In this document: positions 1-11,686 of the stretch, in pieces
How positions within the stretch are numbered: the first letter of the stretch is position 1
Layout of the letters: every line of letters begins with the position of its first letter
DNA from: Octopus bimaculoides
Lineage: Eukaryota
Length of the DNA: 43,325 nt
Assembly: GCF_001194135.2 (NCBI RefSeq)
Contig: NC_068982.1
Span: 26,331,096-26,374,420 of the forward strand
Direction of reading: 5' to 3'
The notes under the pieces: generated by a model
Database searches by the model: none
What the model was told of the DNA's origin: nothing
The model's input: the letters and a program-made list of their open reading frames with translations, nothing else
Program-made: the position numbers and the translations under genes

Positions 1-21
1 TATATATATATATATATATAT

Positions 22-470
22 GCACGGTGCATTGTCCTGGTGCAGGTTTTCTGACCTTTTGCGACGAAATCTCATCCCGAACTTCCTAAAAACCTCAACC
101 AAGTACACTTTGTTGACTGTCTAGCCCGATGGAGCCCAGTGGATGTAAATAATACCCTTGCCATCGAAAAAGGGGATCGTAATTAAAACTGTCAGTGGAC
201 TTGCTTTCCCTGGTTTCTTGCGCCTGCGAAACACAGATGCTTGGTTCAAGCATGTTAATCCACAAGCACTCTGGAGCCATTCATATGTTTCTGTAGTGTC
301 TTTGCTCAGTTTCACACATAACTTTATTGCATAGCGAGCTTCCAAATTGTCTTCACCTCCCGATTACATTTTGTAAACTTTTCAGCTTTGATAAGCAGAT
401 TTTAGCAAGGCGTGTTCAAAGTGCAGTTACAACCGTCTCCCCTCTTGAATAACAAAAGTAGGTAGGTCAG
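22..470 (-). mobile_element. Internally deleted mariner remnant
   Basis: The minus strand gives (L)EARYAIKLCVKLSKDTTETYEWLQSACG...VFR (mariner HTH). It is fused directly to catalytic-domain pieces ITIPFFDGKGIIYIHWAPSG / TVNKVYLVEVFRKF...LHQDNAP. It ends in (TA)n at the window start; the 5' boundary is approximate. Confidence 0.85.
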
Positions 471-2167
471 CTTATTTGATGTGTAGCATTGATGTATTTA
501 AATTACAATAACCTATACCAGTTATAACTGCCTTTCCTAATGCGTCTCGTAAGACATTATATAATCCACGCTCTATTTACACTCTTCTAATTATCGTCCT
601 GTCGTCACGTTTAAAGATTATGTAAATGAGTTTTGTCGAGACAACTGAATGTTTATATTTTAGTAATTAGTATTTCGCTGCTTTTTCTTGGTGTATTCGG
701 AAGGAAAGATGTACAAATCCTGCCATATAAACATTCAAATAGCAAGAAAAACGAACAGGTTCATCCTCCTTAAAAGATGTCGAAAAACTCTTATGGAGTC
801 TAATTTCGCAGAGTGGTTGAATAGAAACGGATATAAGACGGTATATATATATTTACTTTTATATCTGTATAACTTTATCGTAAATAATGAATATGTGTAC
901 ATATGATACACACATATACTGTTGAGATGCAATGTTATGGAGTCAGTGACCAGATCGTTAACACTGAACAAAATAATTTGAAACTTACTAACATATAAGA
1001 AAAATAAAAAACAGGAAAATGGAATACATTTGTTGTAAACGGTTATCATGCCACGGCCATCCCTCTTAAAATATAAATATACAAATACGCACAAATGTAG
1101 ATAAACGTATAAACATACCTAGCTAGCTTAGAATATTAATATGTAGGGATTTCCATTTAGATAAAGCGACTGAAAATATCACGGTTGCGTTTGTTGGCTT
1201 GTCTAATATTCTACAGTGTTTTTTAAGAGAGTTGTATTGATATAACATTAGACAGTTCATACAATTACCTCTAACAGTAAATTCAATGGAGTTTTCTCAT
1301 TCAAACAACTAATCCGGGTGGTTTTATTTAAAAAGGTTATTCGTGGAAAAGAACAGGTTTCGTCTTTTGCACTTCCGTGATGTTTTCAGTTTTACGCTTT
1401 TCACCAGTTGCGTGATTAGCTCTTGTGTATTTTTCATTGATGGCTCAAGTTCGTCCTATCCGCAAAATGAAATAAACGAAGAAAACTATATGTATCTTAA
1501 TCCTCACACTTTGTATTTTGCTCCAACTTTTAACAAATAACATCCGAAATTACGTTTCGTGATGAGCCCTACTGTTTGGACCAACATCACCTTTCTGCCT
1601 TGGAAAGATCATATAAGAATTATTCATATTTAACCGTTGTATTCAATAATATATGCAGCGTTAGCTAAAATTGGTTTACTTATATCAGAATTTCAATATA
1701 AATGCGTCGTTAAGAATATAGATATTTAACTGCCAACAATGCACTCGTTAATAACCGACTTTTTCGGTTTAGTCAAATCACTAAATGTTGATGTATATGC
1801 AATATACATTCTTAATATCGATATGAAAAAATAGCCTTCAAGCATGCCGATCACTTATTTTTTGCTCACATAGAAATTATACAGTTATCTGTCTACTTTT
1901 TTCGCAATGTATGCCATTATACATTTAGTAACAACTAAAATGTACACTACTTGAAATGATTACATCCTTAACGTAAATAATTAATTAAAGTTATTAATTA
2001 AATTGGTTACTTACGCATATTAGATTTGTCGTTTTAGTGAAGACACTAATTCCAGCGTTTCTATATTCGATGGCTCTCAGCACAGATAACGCATGGGTGT
2101 ATCTAACGACACGCACAAGCACGCATCATTATGTATGTATGTGTGTATATATATATATATATATAAT

Positions 2168-2326
2168 NNNNNNNNNNNNNNNNNNNNNNNNNNNNNNNNN
2201 NNNNNNNNNNNNNNNNNNNNNNNNNNNNNNNNNNNNNNNNNNNNNNNNNNNNNNNNNNNNNNNNNNNNNNNNNNNNNNNNNNNNNNNNNNNNNNNNNNNN
2301 NNNNNNNNNNNNNNNNNNNNNNNNNN
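2168..2326. other. Assembly gap (N run)
   Basis: 159 N between (TA)n tracts. Confidence 0.99.
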
Positions 2327-2602
2327 TATATATATACAACATACGATATACTTACATATACGAAAGTATACATATATATATGCACGTATGCACACGACCA
2401 GTTTAAATTAATTGCCCGCCTAAAAACTCCTCGTGCGATATGGTCAGAATATCACCACAGTAAATATAATGACGAAATAAATTTATATAAATAAGAATAA
2501 GATCGGTATTTAAATATCGATTTTATCAAGTGGCCAGCATGGGAATAAAAACCATCAAACTATTTAAAATTATAATTTAGGGTTTCTAAGGGATACCGCC
2601 AT

Positions 2603-2802
2603 GCTGAAAATAGCAGTCAAATCTTCACTCCAAACCACAATAACTGTTCATATAGCTCACAGAAGCGAAGACGAAGAAACAAAATAAACTAGCAAAATAA
2701 ACTAGCAAGCTGCTAGTTTATTTTGTTTCTTTGTCTTCGCTCCTGTGTGCTATATGAACATTTATTGTGGTTTAGAGTCAAGATTTGACTGCTATTTTTA
2801 GC
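2603..2802. repeat. ~200-bp near-perfect palindrome (91-bp arms)
   Basis: 2603-2693 is the reverse complement of 2712-2802 with about 8 mismatches. The centre carries a 13-bp tandem duplication, aaaataaactagc. Confidence 0.95.
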
Positions 2803-2859
2803 AAACGATAGATGTAAGAAGTTTTATCATCTACGCAACAATAACCGAAATAATGAAAA

Positions 2860-3790
2860 TTATATCAGAGAATATATACACGCATCCAGAAATAAAGTTT
2901 CCAATGCCATGATACCAGTAAAACTATTTTTAAAATGTGCTATAAATAGCCTACAGAAGGGGACAACTCTTTCGCTATCTACAAGGCAAACTGTACGGGA
3001 CAAAGACGGAGAAGGGTTACTTCTGCCACATACTGCTTACTTCTACCACATTCTAGCTACAAAAAATAGCATAACAATACCTAAACGCAAACATATAATA
3101 AATCTAGATATAATGACGATGTACTCGTAATAATAGATAAATCAGACGTTGAGAAATTAAAGGAGAACCGACAGAAGAACTCCGTACTAAGACTTAACAT
3201 CCAAAGCAATACAAATATGATTCCCTTTTTAGGTATAAGTATACAGGTGGTTTTACATAAGAGACTGAAACAAATTAGTATACCCCTACTTAGAGAGCGA
3301 ATGCTCGTAAAACTATAAAATGACAGTGAAAAAACTTTTACATTGGAGAGTATTTCGGTACTCTATCACCAATAAATCCCTGGATAAAGAAATCTACAGA
3401 ATTAAACAAACCCTAATTAACAACTGGTATTCAAACAAACTTAGTAAATGAACCTACTGACAAATATGGAAAGCATTACTACGCAAGTACATAAGGCAAT
3501 AAACATTATTAAATATACACATATTACACACAAAGTGATTTATATCTGGTATACAACAAATGAACACAATCAGAAGTCTCATAAGAGATATTCAACACCT
3601 CAAGCCAAACCATACACACTCTCTAGTAAAATACAACAAAAGGCATTGTTAACACTTAAACAAGCACATAGACCTGAGTACTTGCAAATTTCACAATTAC
3701 AAAGAGAAATGCAACACTTTATCGTAGGATAGACACACCCTGCAGTTATAAAAAGATCTTTTGTACGAAAGTCTTTACAACAATTAGTCA
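2860..3790 (+). mobile_element. Highly decayed Penelope-like element (RT plus start of GIY-YIG)
   Basis: Frameshifted motifs: KDGEGLLLPHTAYFY (like QKDGVSMGSPLGPTFANFY), RYNDDVLVII (like RYVDD), MIPFLGI and LDKEIYRIKQTLINN (the PLE 'EI.RIKQTL.NNGY' motif). Confidence 0.65.
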
Positions 3791-3963
3791 GTTATATGTA
3801 TGGAGGGGCACAGAAGCTAAAGCCACGCCACATAGTGAAGGTGAAGTTTAAATAGTCTGGAAGATTTGATAAAGGTGAATTTGGAAAATTCATGGTTCCA
3901 AACTAAATATAAAGCTCTGGGAACGAAGATATAAAGAAGATAATATGAGAACATGTATATATG

Positions 3964-4032
<69 letters not shown>
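3964..4032. repeat. (CA)n(TA)n compound microsatellite
   Basis: Seen directly. Confidence 0.95.
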
Positions 4033-4037
<5 letters not shown>

Positions 4038-4114
4038 TGCATGTTGCATGTGTATACATGCAATGAGAAAGACTGAAGACTTCCAAATGATGAATATTTA
4101 AGTATACATATCTA

Positions 4115-4353
4115 TATATTTATTTATTTACATTTGATGGATATTTGTCCTCATCTTATTTGAAGTTAATACGACGTTTCGGCTGATGTACTCTTCACAG
4201 TTCATCAGGTGTCCTGGGGGAATTTCGAACCTAGGTTCTCACTCCTAAGGTATTTTTCCGATGTTGTTGTTATTATTATTATTATTATTATTCAGGTCGG
4301 AATCTTGGAGTTAGTAGTCCGCGTTCTTAACCACTACGCCATATGCCCATGGG
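4115..4353 (-). mobile_element. 3' terminal repeat (pLTR-like) of the adjacent PLE: tRNA-like head, (AAT)n and HHR
   Basis: Homologous to both arms at 6444-7032. The A box TGGCGTAGTGG is present, the B-box segment is deleted, and the module directly follows the PLE ORF end on the same strand. Confidence 0.85.
4168..4213 (-). ncRNA. Degenerate minimal type I hammerhead ribozyme
   Basis: Minus strand: GACAC CUGAUGA a cugugaagaguacau cagcc GAAAC GUC guauu. The core boxes are intact, but stem II lacks the GG and stem I has a mismatch. Confidence 0.6.
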
Positions 4354-5366
4354 CAATTATTGAATGAATGTTAAGGTTTATAAATATAATATTTTCCTAT
4401 CCTTCCTTAATACTGGTTCCCATACACTACTCATATCTGCACTAGGTCTGCTTAGGAGGTTATTATTCCAAGCATACGTGCTGCCTCTTATTTTCCAGTG
4501 GTGTTGTCTGTCTATTATCTTAACTTCATCCCACAGGGGGAGGTAGTCTTCGTTTTTCCATACATGATCAGCTATACCCGATTTATCAATATCTCTTCAT
4601 GTCACAGCTTTGCGATATTCCTGTACTCTTATTTTGAGGGGTAACATGTTTCGCCTTTGTATAACCTACCACAGCTGCATGGGATAGAGTAAACGCAGTC
4701 TTTGGTCATATTCTCTTTTATTGGTTTTACTTAGAGGAGATATTTGCGAAGTGTTGTATTATTCCTGAATACTGTCCTGATATCATATGGGCCGCATATC
4801 TTTTGTATCTTTTCGGAGAGGCCTTTCACATAGGGTAGACAGACTGTGGACAGTTTATGGGTTTCATCCTCTCTTCTCTTCATAACTGGAGTGGATAGCA
4901 TGTTTTTGGAGTAGTTGTTGCTTAACAGATTGTTACTTAGCTCGATCATTTCTTCGTGGTGTATATCAGTACCTCTACTTATATTCTTTTCTTGATGTTT
5001 TAGGCACTGAGCAATCCCTCTCTTTACACTGTATGGATGGTGGGAATTGAAGTTGAGGTATCGTCCAGTGAAGGTTGGCTTGCGGTATACGGATGTCCTG
5101 GATCCATACTTGCTGCGTGTTATTAATACGTCCAGGAATGCGAGCTGATTATCTTTTTTCTTTTTCTATTGTGAAGTGTCTGGATGGCTTTATCGACTTC
5201 ACATGATCTAACTTTACTTGAACATCTTCCTGGTGGGGCCAGAATATAACGGTATCATCAACATATCGCAGTCATAGGGTTAGCTTTAGTGGTGTTGATC
5301 CTAAAGCCAAATTCTCAAAGTATTCCTTGTATGTATTGGATATTATCGGTGATATTAGAATATTCC
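4354..5366 (-). mobile_element. 5'-truncated Penelope/Poseidon-type PLE (RT C-terminal half plus GIY-YIG endonuclease), pseudogenised
   Basis: LRYVDDTVIFWPH; LAFLDVLI; VYRKPTFTGRYLNFNSHHP; TVCLPYVKGLSEKIQKIC; CVYSIPCSCGRLYKGET (GIY-YIG). Several stops and frameshifts. Confidence 0.93.
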
Positions 5367-5369
5367 ATT

Positions 5370-6275
5370 GTATATTTGTGTATTTAAAAAAAAATTGTTT
5401 TACTATAGAATATGGTAATTAAGGTTAAATATTTAAATCTATGTATCCATGCGTTCTAATCTAAGCCATATTTTTATACAGTAAAAAATGTAAAAGTCGC
5501 TAAATATTATGCTTACAGCATATTAAAACGTCCGTAATCTTGTTTAATGGTATATTTTTATTTTTGTTGCTAGCATAAAGGATACTAATCGATTCCTTTA
5601 CGCAAAGTCTACATGTTTTCATATACGTGTTATAAGGTGTAGATTCGGTGATTATTGACTATTTCAAATTATACTCTGTGTCTTTTTTCTCTTTGCGGTG
5701 ATTAATTTATGTTGCTAATACCGTGGAATTTTTTATATCAGGGTTAATGAATGAATTCTTGTGTCTCATATATTTTTTTAATCAATGGTGCTCCCTATAT
5801 ACATTTTCATAAGTCCTGTAGGATTTAATGTATTTACTTCGCACTTGTAGACTACGTTTTTTCTCAGGCAATTACCTCTTAGGGGACATGACTCCTGAGA
5901 GAGACAATTGTATATTTTGTTTAGGTATTTAGTAGCATAACCCTTATCTGCTATATATAGATTTCAGAATATAAATCAATGCTATCTTCCCCTTTTCTTT
6001 ACTAACACTTTTTCGACGTTTCTTTGCTACAATTCTCCAAAATTAAATACTGCTTCGCTAAAAAACTACTTACTTGCAAATCATTTTATCAATATTGTAT
6101 GGAATGTCAAGATAATATTTCGACAATGATATATAACCAGAATTGAAAACATTTTTGAAAACTGGACCAACTAAAATATGCATCTTCCGCAATACATTTT
6201 TATCCACAGTAATGTTATAATATCTTCCGTGATGTGTAATTTCTATTAAGATTAACAATTTCTAACTGATTACTT
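5370..6275 (-). mobile_element. Neptune-type PLE fragment (Cys linker plus GIY-YIG)
   Basis: NCLSQESCPLRGNCLRKNVVYKCEV...MYIGST and TPYNTYMKTCRLCVKESISI match the CP..G.C / VVY..YIG.T / C.LC..E pattern of this PLE group. The clade name is from recall. Confidence 0.8.
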
Positions 6276-6443
6276 GGTAAATTATATATAATAAACTGTT
6301 TCTAATTTCTTTTCCATTGCAATTTGCACTGGATCTGCAAGAGCAGCGTTTTAAGAAAGCAAAATGCGTACTCTCTAATTCGCAGAATTCGTTCGGTGTG
6401 TTTCATCGATACCTGAAATAAATTACCGAATAAATAGGTTATA

Positions 6444-6633
6444 CAGTTCTGTATTTAAGAGATGAGGAATTCTGTACATTATTTACATTATTCACATTCG
6501 ACAGATATTTGTCCTCGTCTTGTTTGTTGCTAAGACAACGATTCGGCTGATATATCCTCCAGCCTTGTTCAGGTGTCTTGGGGGAAATTTCGAACATGGG
6601 TTCTCATTCCTAAGGTATTTTTTGATGTCATTG

Positions 6634-6692
<59 letters not shown>

Positions 6693-6775
6693 GTTGTTCA
6701 GGTCACTGCTTGGAATCGAACTCGGAATCTTGGGGTTAGTAAGCCGCGCTCTTAACCACTACTCCATATGCCTGT
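6444..6775 (-). mobile_element. Solo tRNA-headed HHR module, left (inverted) arm
   Basis: A box at 6756-6766, canonical B box GAGTTCGATTCC at 6712-6723 and a long (AAT)n. The HHR core is mutated (CUGAACA...GAAUC). Confidence 0.88.
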
Positions 6776-6795
6776 GGGCATATGGCTTAATGGTC

Positions 6796-7032
6796 CACGG
6801 GCATATGGCGTAGTGGTTAAGAGCGCAGGCTACTAACCCCAAGATTCCGAGTTCTGTTCCAAGCAGTGACCTGAACACTAAAAATAATAACATCGAAACA
6901 TACCTTAGGAATGAGAACCCAGGTTCGACATTTCCCCCAGACACCTGAAGAAGGCTGGAGGGTATATCAGCCGAAACGTTGTGTTAACAACAAACAAGAT
7001 AAGGACAAATATCCGCCGAATGTAAATAATGT
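6796..7032 (+). mobile_element. Solo tRNA-headed HHR module, right arm
   Basis: Reverse complement of the left arm. A box TGGCGTAGTGG at 6806-6816, damaged B box at 6849-6860 and an intact HHR core. A 14-bp direct repeat ataaataggttata at 6430-6443 and 7033-7046 flanks the dimer. Confidence 0.88.
6940..6985 (+). ncRNA. Minimal type I hammerhead ribozyme with intact core
   Basis: Stem I GACAC/GUGUU, core CUGAAGA, one extra A, stem II GGCUG-(10 nt)-CAGCC, GAAAC, loopless palindromic helix III (ACGU), and cleavage triplet GUU. Predicted cut after 6980. Confidence 0.8.
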
Positions 7033-7591
7033 ATAAATAGGTTATATTTTGTCTTTTGATATTGAATTGAGCTTTAAAAAGGCTAGCAAAAGGAAAGGTG
7101 TTTGGGGGGTTGGACATTTAAAGTGTTTTCCTGGATGAAATTTCCCTCTTGAAATAATCGTTCAATTCCCTCATCATTTATTACAAACGATAAACTGATC
7201 TAATATCTTCAAAACCATGGCTAGGAAAACCATAACATTATGCCTAGGGAAGCCATAATGCCAAATGAACTTGGTTAATGAGGAATTTATCCGTGTATAA
7301 CGAGTACCAATGCCTCATTTCTTTTTGCACAATTCCACAGCTCTTCAACATTGGTTTATAGTTGTATGCGTAAAATATGAGACAAATTTAGACTTCTAAA
7401 TCGATTTCATTGATGGTGTTGTATGAAGCCCAGAAACTTTTTGCAACTGTTGTGCTTGAGAAATCATAATATTGTACACCTAAAAGTGTTGGTCTGTCGT
7501 CTACTGCAACCAGAAAATACCATCTAGAACCAACTTCAGAACTTCCAGAATCCCCATTGCGTTTTCAGTAAATATCCCACATTATGCTAAC

Positions 7592-7860
7592 AATGGCTAA
7601 AACGCTCTGTGCTAAAAGCTTAAATTGAAGGACTGATTCTCACTGCAGAAGACCAATACCTGATCACAAACAACTATAAAAGCAAAATAACGAAAACATA
7701 CCTTAACATCAAATGCTGAATGCGCTACCAGCACAATGAAATAGTTGACCACATCATCTCTGGCCCGCCAGTCTTTGCCAAATCTGAATATGCATGCAGA
7801 CTGACCGAGTAAATATTACAGACAAAGGAACTCTCAACTATTTCAATAATAACACCCACA
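7592..7860 (+). mobile_element. R4/Dong-like RLE LINE fragment (pre-knuckle and CCHC region)
   Basis: About 92% identical by eye over 224 bp to 10397-10620. Confidence 0.8.
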
Positions 7861-7987
7861 ACTAATTTGAATTGGATTCTGAATAAATTGCTCTAACTTT
7901 AAACACTGTAGTAGATCTAAAAGTTAGTGATAGCCTCTCCTGTCAGATTATATTCGTTCATTCATGATCAGTATCTCACGAATTAAT

Positions 7988-8111
7988 ATTGGTTTCAAAT
8001 TGCAGCAAAGTTCGGGCAATTTTAAGGGATAGACTAAGTCGATTACCCCGAGCCCAATGTTCCAGAGGTACTTATTTTATCGATGCGTGATGTATGAAAG
8101 GCAAAATCGAC
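7988..8111 (-). mobile_element. SINE family A (Meta-domain-like), 3' half
   Basis: Matches the 3' half of the copy at 12921-13148 (gtcgattttgcctttcat...gataaaataagtacc...aatcgactt...tttgaaacc). Confidence 0.75.
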
Positions 8112-8629
8112 AAATATGATATTAGTTTACCTCATGTAATTCAGATGTCTTAACGTTTCGTATGCTAACTTTAAGTGAGTAATTACACTACTACAAAACT
8201 CGCATAGACACTCATTATAATATAATAACATATGCATATAAATGTAGTAAATACGGCCATTATCACGTCAAAAATGTCATACGGAACAGAAGAAAACTTA
8301 TAAAATTAGCAAAACAAATAATGTAAGATTATAATATGTAACACCAACAGCACTGCCACCGCTGTCGATGCAGCTGGCGCCACCTCCGTCGTCGCTGGTA
8401 CCACCAACAACATCACCGCCACGCCACCAACACCACCACTATCTTCACCAGAAACAACAACAAGTAAATCTGTTATATTCTAGAACACTTGCTGGGAAAA
8501 GAAACACATTTTCCTGATGAGAAGAAAGAGCCTTTATTAAGTATAAATTCTTCGTCAAAATGATTTAGTTCACCTAATTATTGGGCTTATGATCCTACAT
8601 GTTGTTTTCTGACATAATCTATGCATGCT

Positions 8630-8763
8630 CTTTCTACATCTACACACGCACGCACGCGCGCGCGCACACGCATACACACAAACACACCCCTATATACGCA
8701 TGCACCGCATATATACATATATGAATAAATATGTACATATATACATTTATGTGTGTGTGTATG

Positions 8764-8795
<32 letters not shown>

Positions 8796-8995
8796 CACAA
8801 AGAGTGCGTGTGCGTGTGTGTGTGTGAGAGAGAGAGAGAGGCAGATATGTCATACATGCACACACACATACACATGCGCGCACACAAACACATATATATA
8901 CACTTATGTACGTATGTCTATATGCATACATACATACATACATACACAGACATGCAGATATACCGACATACTGACATAAATACACAAAACAAACA
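8630..8995. repeat. Mixed CA/TA/GA/TACA low-complexity microsatellite field
   Basis: Seen directly; it is the source of several spurious ORFs. Confidence 0.9.
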
Positions 8996-9156
8996 CGGAT
9001 ACATGATGTGATAACCACAGAGGAGTGTAGATAAACAAACTACAGAGTGTCGGTAGCTTGATATCCCTTAAAGATGCCGATGTCTTTCAACAACTGCATT
9101 GTTAACTCGTATATGACACTCTTTCATCTATGATTTATATATTTTTAATTCATTTA

Positions 9157-9340
<184 letters not shown>

Positions 9341-9347
9341 TATGATA

Positions 9348-9471
9348 ATGGTTTCAAATTTTGCCACAAGGGCAGCAATTTTAGGGGAAGGGACAAGTCG
9401 ATTACATCGACCCCAGTGTTTCACTGTTATTTAATTTATCGACCACGAAAGGAGGAAAGACTAAGTCGACC
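9348..9471 (-). mobile_element. SINE family A, 3' half
   Basis: Shares gtcgac...ctttcgtggtcgataaatt...cactggggtcgatgtaatcgactt...tttgaaacc with the 12921-13148 copy. Confidence 0.85.
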
Positions 9472-11175
9472 GCGTCCCTGCTTTTCTGCCTTGCCGTGAT
9501 CCTGCTAACAAACTTGTTAACTGAAACAATCATGGACAAACAATAAAACATCTGTACATGGATGATTTAAAATTTTTCAGTTAAAATACCACGGAACAGA
9601 GAAACTTTCTAAAGCTTGCCCATAGAGTCAGCAAAGTCATCGGGATAAGCATGTGGCTGGACAAATGTACAAAAGTGACACTGAAATGAGGCAAGTTAAT
9701 AAGTATTGAATACACTGCACTCAACATAGACACAGTACGTAAATCAGAGAATTAAGCCACAATAACCCATAGAAATATCTAGGAATAGATGAAGCAGCTA
9801 AAATAAAACACACAGAAATGAAAGAGGAAATTAAGAGAGTGTATTACGGAATACAAATATTAAACACTGAACTCAATGCTAAATATAAGATAATAGGCAT
9901 AAACACGCTAGCCATACCAGTCATAAATTATAACTTCAACATTATAAACTAGAAGATCAGTGGATTAAGAAACTTAAGTAGAAAAACCAGAAAACTATTG
10001 ACAGCATACTGTAGTCACCACCCTAAAGCAGACGCAGACAGAATATATCTATCTCGCTCAGATAGAAATCATGGCCTGGCACAGATAGAACTACTATCTA
10101 GAAAAGTATTTCGAAACAAAAAGTGGAAGACTACGGCATGTTATAAAGCAACACGAGGAAAAGCAAACGCCTTTTCTCAATACACAAGGAAACGGCAAGA
10201 TACAAAACAGAAACAAACTACACTGATACACTGGTCTCAGATGACAACATTGAAGAAACGGTCAAAAAGACAAAAAAAAAAAACAACATGAAAACAGTAC
10301 TACAAAATATGCTAAAGAAGAAATGGAGGGAAATATCAAATCATAACCAATACTCTGCCAGGCTTGACAGAGAAGTTAGCCAAAGTAAAAGCCAATAATG
10401 GCTCAAAAGCTCTGGGCTAAAAGCTTAAATTGAAGGACTGGTTCTCGCTGCAGAAGATCAGTACCTGACCACAAACAACTATAAAAGCAAAATAATGAAA
10501 ACATACCTTAATACCAAATGCTTAATGCGCAACCAGCACAATGTGATAGTTGACCACATCATCTCTGACCTGCCAGTCTTTGCCAAATCTGAATACGCAT
10601 GCAGACTGACCGAGTAAATAGTTATGCTACAACATAAAATCTTACAAGAAATGGTATAAACATAAACATAGGCCAAACAAGGTATATGGCCTGTTCAAAC
10701 TCGCCAAGAAAAATAGCTAATCACCGAAACATAATAGTCAAGGATTGGAAACAAACTCCACTTGCTTATTGATAGACAATTGCAGTGCTAGTAATAACTG
10801 GAGTATGGTATAAAAAAAAAAGCACATGAACAAAAACGTAGAAGCTATACCTTGACCCTCAACATTACACATTATCCAAAAAGTACCTCAGTCCACATCC
10901 TGCGCAAAACACTATCAATTCAATAATACAACCCAAACAAAACAATCCACAAACACGAGACACGCTCTATATAGCAAATATCCAATAAAATAGACAAGCA
11001 TAAACAGGGCGATTACACAATAGAAGATCACGGTTTGTATTAAACACACAACACACAATGCAAACACTAATACAACAAAAGATTCCACCCAGACCCCAAA
11101 ACAAAACAACAAACTGACACAATACAATACAACGGTGGGTGTGTCCCGGCAAGTGATTGCATTAAAAAATAAAAT
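9472..11175 (+). mobile_element. 5'-truncated, decayed R4/Dong-like RLE LINE
   Basis: SLLFCLAV; HLYMDDLKFF (YMDD at about 9555); INTLAIPVINYNF; HHPKADADRIYL; WLKSSGLKA*IEGLVLAAEDQ; a decayed CCHC knuckle; HILRKTLS C-terminus; then an AC-rich 3' UTR. Confidence 0.88.
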
Positions 11176-11220
11176 AAACTCCAATGATGATGATAATGAT
11201 GATGATTCTTAAAGAATAAA

Positions 11221-11660
11221 GATGAGATTGATGGGAATAGAACCTGGCAATGGTTGCAGAAAGTAAACGTAAAGGGGTCCACTGAGGCATTAGTGTGCAG
11301 CGTTCAAGAACAAGTGACTCTAAATATCACATTGATAAAAGTACTGACTTACCACAGTGTGGGATATGCACTGAGAAAGGAGAAAGTAGAAGCCATATTA
11401 TTAGTTAGTACTGTAAACTCGCACAACGCGAATACCAAAGGAGACACGACAGTGTGGCCAGATATGTCTAGTGGCTGTTGTGCGGTAAAGCAAACCTCGA
11501 GAGAGCCGAACGATGGTATGAACATAAGCCAGAGGGAGTAATCGAAAACGAACATCATAAATACTCTGGGATCTCAAAATGCAGTGCAACCAAGTCATAG
11601 AGGCGAGACGACCAGATACCGTGCTCATCCATAAAGATGAAAAAGAAGTAAACACAATAG
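11221..11660 (+). mobile_element. Second R4/Dong-like LINE fragment (zinc knuckle plus RLE)
   Basis: TWQWLQK...TEALVCSVQEQ; CGICTEKGESRSHII; RRHDSVARYV; WYEHKPEGVIENE; QCNQVIEARRPDTVLI (RHD and PD motifs of restriction-like endonucleases). Confidence 0.9.
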
Positions 11661-11686
11661 GTGTTCCGTCAAGATGTAGCAGGGTG

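Noticed and set aside
2470-2560. Possible decayed hammerhead left of the palindrome (uugauaa aaucg...cgau)
   Set aside because: There is no GAAA box and the first box is mutated, so it is not supportable.
6700-6875. tRNA genes at the centre of the inverted dimer
   Set aside because: The acceptor and anticodon stems do not pair properly, and the sequence continues into a repeat body. These are tRNA-derived heads, not tRNAs.
8330-8470. GC-richer Thr/Ala/Pro-like stretch as a possible exon
   Set aside because: It looks like a decayed (CAC/CAA)n low-complexity tract, with no convincing splice sites or domain.
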